A stretch of DNA of 57,841 nucleotides, taken from contig NC_068982.1 of assembly GCF_001194135.2 (NCBI RefSeq), positions 61,221,681 through 61,279,521 on the forward strand, given 5' to 3'. The translations under genes were made by a program, and so were the position numbers. Source of the stretch: Octopus bimaculoides (Eukaryota). Under the pieces are notes generated by a model, which was not told the origin of the DNA, made no database searches, and saw nothing but the letters and a program-made list of their open reading frames with translations. Below, in pieces: positions 50,132-57,841 of the stretch. Numbering within the stretch: the first letter of the stretch is position 1; every line of letters starts with the position of its first letter.

Positions 50132-50860
50132 TCTATATAAAAACTAAAAGCTAATTCTTGTGTAAAATTTTATGCTGAAAACAATGGAAGTGATCCCAAT
50201 TCTCTAGTAGCCTTCCAAAGGGATCTACTGGCCCTTTTCCAACATGTGCATATTGCAATTCCTAAATAAATGAATGGTCTAACTAGATAAAACTTCAGCA
50301 CCAAAGAACATTATTGTAAATAATTTAAATGAAAGGCCCGAGAAAGTTTTACCAGGAAATGAATATACTTACAAATCTATAAACTCTTTTGTTGATGACT
50401 TGGAAATTGTAAGTTACCCCATTGAGGTCTGAAACTCACTGGAAACACAAGGAGCTCCTCTTCATTGCCTTCAATAGATGCGCCAATCATGCTTCTGCAG
50501 AACTTTTCTCAACCAAAGCTGTGCAATGGCACATTTGTTGTGAAGAAATGTCATAGAGGCCACAATAATTTCTGCCTGTGGAAAAGGTGAAGATGTTTTT
50601 ATTCCTCACTTACCTTTAATACCTTCCAATACGCTCTTCCAATTCAAATGACTTCAATTTCCAATATGTCTGCCTTTTGTGATGTCCATTGATAAGCCCT
50701 TACATCAGACTTTGAAAGATACTGCTTTGCAATTAGAGGAGGACTGTTTTTTCATACAGTCAGTTATATGTTGGGGCTTCAGAGTGGGGAGCAAGGACAA
50801 TCTTTTCATTTTCGTCCCTACTGGTAAAACCTGAAACTTTTTCTATAAGGAAGTTTTTAG
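50132..50860 (+). mobile_element. Deleted Helitron: 5' end plus decayed PIF1 helicase C-terminus
   Basis: Starts A|TCTATATAAAA. 50340-50860 translates, with frameshifts, to APIMLLQNFSQPKLCNGT...VFIPHLPLIPS...LQFPICLPFVMSIDK...QLYVGASRVG. Confidence 0.75.
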
Positions 50861-51152
50861 CATGGGATCAACAAACTAAAATTTGCCAAATGAATAATAA
50901 CTTTGAATTGATATTGCCAATGTCACACTATATTCGTCTAAGAAAAGCTATTTGTATTTTTGTTTGTTATAATTATAATACATATATTTTTCTACGAAGT
51001 TATATTTACTTATCTTGTACTAGATTTAAGCCCAAAGTCTGTGTGATGTTTGCTTCATTTATAGACTGAAATACTAGAGATCATAGATCAGAAGTTTATA
51101 TGCACAAACCTGTAGAATTCTTTACTGCTACAGAAGCTGAATGGTGGGGGCA

Positions 51153-51809
51153 GTAACAATCGATTACATGAACATCAAAGAAAAGGATGTAATGCTAGCA
51201 ATAGAGGATATAGATGCAAACTCAGCAGCTGGCCCTGATGAATTCCCAGAAATCCTCCTCAAGTCATGCAAATGAGTCCTTGAAAAACCATTGCAGCTAT
51301 TTTTTCAGAGCTTCCTCGCAAATGGTAAGCTCCCAGACAAACTAAAGAAGGGAATAATATGCCCTATACATAAAGGAGGAAGCAGAGCAGATGCTAAAAA
51401 CTATGGGCCTATCTCTCTGACCTCACACATCAGCAAAGTCATGGAATGAATAGTCCAAAGGAAATTAATTCCATTCCTTGAAAAGAATGACTTGCTAACT
51501 GACACCCAGCATGGTTTTCAACTAGGGAGAAGCTGCCTGACACAGTTCTTACAGCTGCTCAACAATTCAATTGTGGACATGATATACCTCAACTTTGCAA
51601 AAGCCTTCGACAAAGTCGACCATAGTATGATTTCTCACAAGCTCCAAAATCTTGGCATATTTGGAAAACTTGGAGAATAGCTACATGAGTTTCTAAAAGA
51701 TAGAAGTCAGGTAGTAGTGGTCAATGGGGCCACCTCCAAGAAAACACAAATAATGAGTGGTGTTCCACAGGGCCCTGTCCTGCAGCCACTGCTATTCATA
51801 GTGGCCCTC
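51153..51809 (+). mobile_element. CR1-clade RT fragment, single frame with 3 stops
   Basis: AAGPDEFP...PIHKGGSRADAKNYGPISLTSHISKVME...QHGF...RSC...FAKAFDKVDH...SGVPQGPVL. Truncated just before the YADD motif. Confidence 0.92.
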
Positions 51810-52325
51810 ATGTTCAATACAATCTGCATGAATAACTTTTGATATTCATAGTACAATTTTGGCAGCTTTTTTCAACCTAATCAATGATGGTGTTTCTGCT
51901 AGTATATATATAGGGCCAGCCTTACGTCGATTGGGCCAATTGCTCCCAATTGGGCCCTGCGCCAAAGAGGCCATTTTCTATACTGTGACATTTTAAAATA
52001 ATCTACATGATCTTTAAAAAAAATTAAAAAAAAAGTAAGAAAGAAAGAAAAAAACATACTTTCTACACAAGATATCAAAAGATAAACCCGTCCTTCCAAA
52101 ACTGCTTGGGTCAACCACTGAATTTGAAGAAATTTATTGTAAGGGTCAATATGTATGTTTGTATGTGAATGTTTAGGAGTGTTTATGGGGATGTTTGGGT
52201 AAAATATTTGTGTCTGAGAGAGTATGTATGTGGGTGAATTGTATGTATATATGTGTACATACGCTTGTGCGTCAGTTTCTATAAATTTGTTTAATTTTGG
52301 GGAAGTTTTTTTTATTTCAATAAAG

Positions 52326-52377
<52 letters not shown>

Positions 52378-52563
52378 TGAAATAGAGATGTGTGTGTATT
52401 TGCTTTTTTACATGAAAACAGCTTTACCAATTATTTCCATACTTATGATGCATGAATAATTTGACTTCGGACATATAATATGGTCTTCATTTGATTTTTT
52501 TATCAAAAATAAAAAATATTGCTTTATATTTATGATTCACTTTAAAAAGGTTTCTCAATAGCA

Positions 52564-52590
52564 ACTTCCGGTATTGACGTAAAAATGGCG
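52564..52590 (+). promoter_or_regulatory. ETS / CRE half-site / YY1 motif cluster
   Basis: ACTTCCGG, TGACGTA and AAAATGGCG within 27 nt. Motif match only. Confidence 0.3.
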
Positions 52591-52829
52591 AACTCTTTCA
52601 GTTTCTACTTTAATGTTCACTATTTGTAATCAACTACGATAAATTACTGAAAGAAACATTTACGAAGTTCACAAATTTAAATATTTGGTACAAGATACTT
52701 TTTAATGTACTTTTATTTAGTCAGACTGACTATATTCTCGCCATTAAAAAAGAAATATGGCTACTTATAAATGCCAAAAGTTTCCCAGGTGAAGAATTCA
52801 CCCTACAACATAGGTTAGTAGTTAGCTAC

Positions 52830-55372
52830 TTCAAGATCAGGGCTATAAGAATCCTGCGAATGGACAGAGATTTAGAGATGTATTACTTGAAAAAGAGGAG
52901 GATATAGCATCATATAATGTGGAGGATAACTGGAGGTTCCTACGGGACAATCTGTTGAGGGCTACTGACCAGATAAGTGGCTGGTGCAAAGTCCCCTCAC
53001 AACCTAAGGAAATATGGTGATGGAACAATGTAGTTGATAGAGCCATTAGGGAAAAGAAACAGGCATGGAAGGACTGAAAGTGTAGTGGTAGCAGGGAACT
53101 GTATCAGATTGCCAGAAGGGAAGCTAGGAGACAGGTTTACTTAGCTAGAGGGGAAGCAAACAAGAAAAAAATTGCCAATGTTCTGTGTGATGAGGACCAG
53201 AGACTTGAAGTGTTTCGAATTGCAAGAGAGTGTGTGAGAGAAAGTCATGATGTCATTGGAGAGAAATGTGTCCACATGGATGATGGCTCACTTGCATTTA
53301 ATGAGGCTGCCAAGAGAGTGACTAGGAGATGCCACTATGACAGGTTGCTAAATGAAGAGAATGAGTGGGAGAAAGAGAGTCTGCCAAATGTCAACCCAAC
53401 AGAGGAACCAGCTATTCGAATTGACAGTATTTTGGTAGATAAAGCAATTAAGAGTATGAAGATAGGGAAAGCCCCCCGGCCCATCAGGAATCACTGCTGA
53501 GATGCTTAAAATATCTGGTGGTCTAGTCACCTGTATAGTCAACCAGGTGATACATGAAGGAGTCATACCCAATGACTGGTGTAGTAGCAAAGGTAAAGGT
53601 GATGCATTAGATAGGAATAATTACAGAAGTATCAAATTGTTGGATCAGGTGATGAAAGTCACAGAGAGGATCATAGCCCAGCTAATTAGGGAGTGAGTTA
53701 GTTTAGATCAGATGCAGTTTAGGTTTGTGCCTGGGAGAAGTGCCACTGGTGCTATATTTCTGGTAAGACAGCTGCAGGAGAAATTCCTAGCCAAAGATAA
53801 ACTTCTGTACTTGACTTTTGTTGAGATAGAAAAAGCCTCCTGATCCCTTATCTGGTGGTCAATACAGAAACTAGGGATCGATGAGTGGTTGGCTAGAGCT
53901 GTACAAACCATGTACAGGGATGCTTTCAGTAAGGTGAGTGTTGGCAAGGAGTCCAGTGAAGAATTCCAAGTAGGGGTAGGGGTCCACCAATAAGCTCCCT
54001 CTTATTCATCATAGTCCTCCAGGCAATAACAGAGGAATTCAAGACAGGCTACTCCTGGGAGCTCCTCTATGCTGATGACCTTGCTCTAATAGCTGAGTCA
54101 CTACCAGAACTAGAGAAGTTTCAGGTGTGAAAGCAAGGTCTAGAATCGAAGGGTTTTAGAGTCAATCTAGCAAAAAAACTAAGTCTTAGTAAGGAGGAAA
54201 GCAGACAAATCAGAAATCCCTTCGGGTAGATGGCCCTGCTTGATCTGTAGAAAAGGCGTGGGTAGAAACTCCATAAGATGTACCCAGTGTAAGCTACGGA
54301 TACATAAGAGGTGCAGCAATATCAAAGAAAGGTTAACTGGGAAGACAGTTTTTGAGTGTGGCAGATGCACAGAGGCAATAAACACCAAAGATGTACAGAA
54401 AACAAATTCCATCACATGCTAGGGGGGAAAACTAGAAGTAGTTGAAAGATTCCATTACCTAGATGACCAAGTCAGTAGCAGTGGTGGATGCTTTGAGAGC
54501 ATAGCTGCTAGAATAAGAATAACCTGGGCAAAGTTCAGAGAGCTCCTATCTCTGCTGGTAACAAAGGGTTTCTTGCTCAGAGTGACAGGTAGACTGCATG
54601 ATGCATGTGTGCAAACAGCCATGCGACATGGCAGTGAAACATGAGCTGTGACTGCTGACGACATACATAGGCTTGAAAGAAATGAAGCTAGTGCACTCTG
54701 CTGGATGTGTAATATCAGTGTGCATATACAACCAAGTGTAAGCAGCCTGAGAAAAAAGTTGGACATAAGCATTAGATGTAGTGTGCAAGAGATAGATGAC
54801 TGCACTGGTATGGTCATGTGTTGTGTATGGATGAAGACAGCTGTGTGAAGAAATGTCACACCCTAACAGTGGAAGGAACATGTGGAAGAGGTAGACCCAG
54901 GAAGATATGACATAAGGTGGTGAAGCATGACCTTTGAATGTTGGGCCTCACAGAGGCAATGACAAGCGACTGAGACCTTTGGAGATATGCTGTGCTTGAG
55001 AAGACCCGGCAAGCCAAGTGAGATCGTAGCCATGTCTGATGCCAGTGTTGCATAACTGGCCCCTTTAAAAGTACCCCTTCAATCATCGGGCAATATGCTC
55101 TGCTTGAGAAGACCTGTTGAGTCAAGTGAAATCATAGTTGTGGTTGATGCCAGTGCTGCCTGACTGGCTCATGTGCCGGTGGCACGTAAAAAGCACCCAC
55201 TACACTTTTGGAGTGGTAGGCATTAGGAAGGGCATCCAGCTGTAGAAACCTTGCCAGATCAGATTGGAGCCTGATGCAGCCTCCTGGCTTACCAGTCCTC
55301 AGTCAAACCGTCCAACCCATGCCAGTATGGAAATTGGACGTTAAATGATGATGATGATGATGATGATGATGA
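52830..55372 (+). mobile_element. 5'-truncated, decayed RTE LINE: linker, RT, internal PHD finger and 3' UTR
   Basis: Collinear translation includes NYRSIKLLDQVMK, MQFRFVPGRS, YADD (54068-54079), C4HC3 finger (54237-54368), FHYLD and GRGRPRK, followed by a (GAT)n tail. The APE domain is absent. Confidence 0.93.
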
Positions 55373-55403
55373 TATATATATATATATATACATATTACAT
55401 ATG

Positions 55404-56312
55404 CTAGCAGAAAGGCCACACTCCGGACGGTTTTCTACTAGCCACTCGATAATATTTCCACATTTGATTCCCAATTCTAATAATTTTTATGATATTTTAA
55501 GTCTAATTATTTTCTGTATTATAGTGCTCACTTGCTTAGTAAATATCACTTTCATTATTTTATCATATTCATAATCTCTATTTTTTTAAACAAACATCAA
55601 AGTAGTCCAACTACGTTTAATGTGCCAAAAAATAGCAGCGATCACATAGAGACGTTTTAATATCTATAGCGTATCAAACAGCCATAGCAACAAATTCACT
55701 TGATAATTCTAAGATAACGACGGAAAGGAAATAAGTCACATGAGTTCGAAGCTTCAGTAAGTTTTAATAAGTTGTCTGATATAATGATTTTTCCAGTTTG
55801 TACAAACAATAAACTGAGAGCATTTACACAGTGAATTTAAGTCAAAAAAATACCCGATTTCCTCATCTGAAATAACAAAATGAAACTTGAAATGAAAAAA
55901 TTGCAATGAATGTATATTAAGTAGATTATTATTAATGGAAACAATTAGAGGCAGGAGAGAGAGAATGTGAGAGACTGTGTTGCAAATGAAAACGAAAAAT
56001 TTTGCCAGAACATATTAGTATTGTTTATTAAATGTTAAAACCTACTCTGCAGTGAACGTAAAGCTTGGTAACAAATATCTAAATTTGTGATAGTCAATAA
56101 TAACAGATGCTTCAAAAGTGCCTTTTATCGATATATATTAACAGAGAAATTTATTAAAATTTTCCAGAGAGTCAAACCTATAATATGGCTATAATGGAGG
56201 GTGTGACAAACTAACTAACTAACATCACAGAAATTTATATGTAGATATATAGCTGAGTCAATCTGTTATATTTATTTATCATTAATAATTGATAGAACTT
56301 AAATAAGTGTGC

Positions 56313-56354
<42 letters not shown>

Positions 56355-57841
56355 GGATGGATGGATGGACGGATGGACGGACACAAACACTCAAAAGTCT
56401 GGTGCTGCGAGAACACATGGGAATGGCATTTCCTTACGTTTTCATAAATACCCAAATTTAAAATGATCCAATATAATGATATCATTCAGCCAGCATGTAT
56501 TGAAATATGCCAAAACAATTTAATTCCTCACAAATATATGTTACTTTACATATAATTTATGTGTTAATTCTATTTACCGAAACTTGCTAAAAAGCATATT
56601 TTGCTTTAAAGTAGTATCCCCTTGTAGACACAATTGTCAGTAATCATACCATTTCCATTTCTCTCAGCCAATATTTTTACATTAGCTTTTTTTTAACTCT
56701 AGATAATGCAACATACAGCTGACTATGTAAGAAGAATTGTGTTGGAAGATATATTCTAATTTGTTCAAAAGTCTGTCCCTGTACCTTGTTGCATGTAAAG
56801 GCAAAAGCTGACTTGACAGGAAATTGTTTGTGTGTAAATATGAATGGGAATTCAAGTGGTATTCTTGGGATTAGTAAAGTTGATCCTGCAAAAGGACCAG
56901 AAGCAACCTCAGCTTCAATAACATTATCATGTAAACTGACAATGATGTAGTGTGTGCCATTGCAATGTCCATTAGTAGCATTTAAATTTCCCAGAAGCAT
57001 TATGCAGCATTTTTTTCTTCAGTTTGAGAACATGTGGTAGAAACCTTGATGGTGTAAGTTTGTTGATGAACTCGATTGTGTACTGAGTTTTGTTATCAAC
57101 TGTATCTAAGCTTCTGTATATTTTTAGCTCACCAGGGATCCTAGTCAACAGAAAATCATTCACAAATTGTGCTGCTTCATTCGTTGGAGTAACAATGGTT
57201 CTATTTGCAAGCCACACAGGGTTTGTGAAGTTATTTGTGAGGTCAGCATATACAAAATAACATAGATCTGAAAGAGTACCACTTTCAAGGCAAAGGTCAT
57301 TGGGTAGTTTGATTTTGAATTTACCTAGGCCTTGTTCAACAGAAATGTTACTATTTCCAACATCAAGAAGGTAATTAGCAAACTTTCTTTCATCAAAATG
57401 ACCTTCTGTAAGAAGTCTTAGATTGGTTGTCAACTCCGCTAGATCCACACGATCTCAAAGAAGAGATCTCTTTAGTGTTGCATCAACAATTTGTGATCTG
57501 ACACCATTATTTTGAAGTAAAATATTTTCCTCTCAAGATACCCTAACCAGTCGGTCATGTAGACGTAGACATGATTCTGTTTCCACTGAAACAGAATCAT
57601 GTCTACATCTCCGTGCATATTCAGACATCGGTTTCAGTTGCTTTCCCTGGTTTCATCTGATTTAGTTGCCTGTCTTTCTCTCTGCCGTTGTCCCTTTGCT
57701 GCTAAATTTTCTTTTTCAGTTGCATATGTTTTTGGACGCCCCATGTTGAATTGCAAAATTCAAATGTGATATTTGTGTAAAAACGAAATCAAATCTGGAG
57801 TGTGTGTGTTTATATTAGAGTGTGTTTGTGTGAGAGAGAGA
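55404..57841 (-). mobile_element. Internally deleted Helitron running to the window edge
   Basis: Helicase ORFs 56972..57448 and 56677..57000 contain IVTPTN, LCNGT-like CNGTHY, QFPVKSAFAFTCNKVQGQT and SQLYVALSRV. A basic N-terminus MGRPKTYATEKE lies near 57745. The putative 3' CTAG at 55404-55407 is less certain. Confidence 0.85.

Noticed and set aside
51020-51023. CTAG as the 3' end of the 50132 Helitron
   Set aside because: It is followed by A rather than T, and no GC-rich hairpin lies upstream.

Overview
AT-rich, repeat-saturated eukaryotic genomic DNA with 16 N-gaps, most of them flanked by microsatellites, as in a short-read assembly. The SINE, RTE and Helitron repertoire looks like a coleoid cephalopod, probably Octopus (inference, no database search run). 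I could not identify any intact host protein-coding gene. Nearly all long ORFs in the track are artefacts of N-runs or simple repeats, and the few with real protein signal are transposon relics. Supported contents: (i) at least three tRNA-derived SINE families; (ii) RTE-clade LINEs, including a 2.5-kb 5'-truncated copy with a C4HC3 PHD-type zinc finger inside its RT domain, plus near-identical young 3' ends; (iii) CR1/L2-type RT fragments; (iv) two C-terminal fragments of restriction-like-endonuclease (R4/Dong/HERO-like) retrotransposons; (v) several Helitron pieces, including PIF1 helicase fragments and one non-autonomous copy with A|TC...CTAG|T termini; (vi) Tc1/mariner, hAT and piggyBac-like fragments. 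Best leads for follow-up: a candidate type I hammerhead ribozyme (44489-44550), the PHD finger inside the RT, an RFX X-box next to an NRF1 palindrome (48527-48561), a SINE with three interchangeable tails, and a ~250-bp-arm foldback. I found no convincing wholly new multi-gene system. Boundaries of degenerate repeats were set by eye and are approximate.
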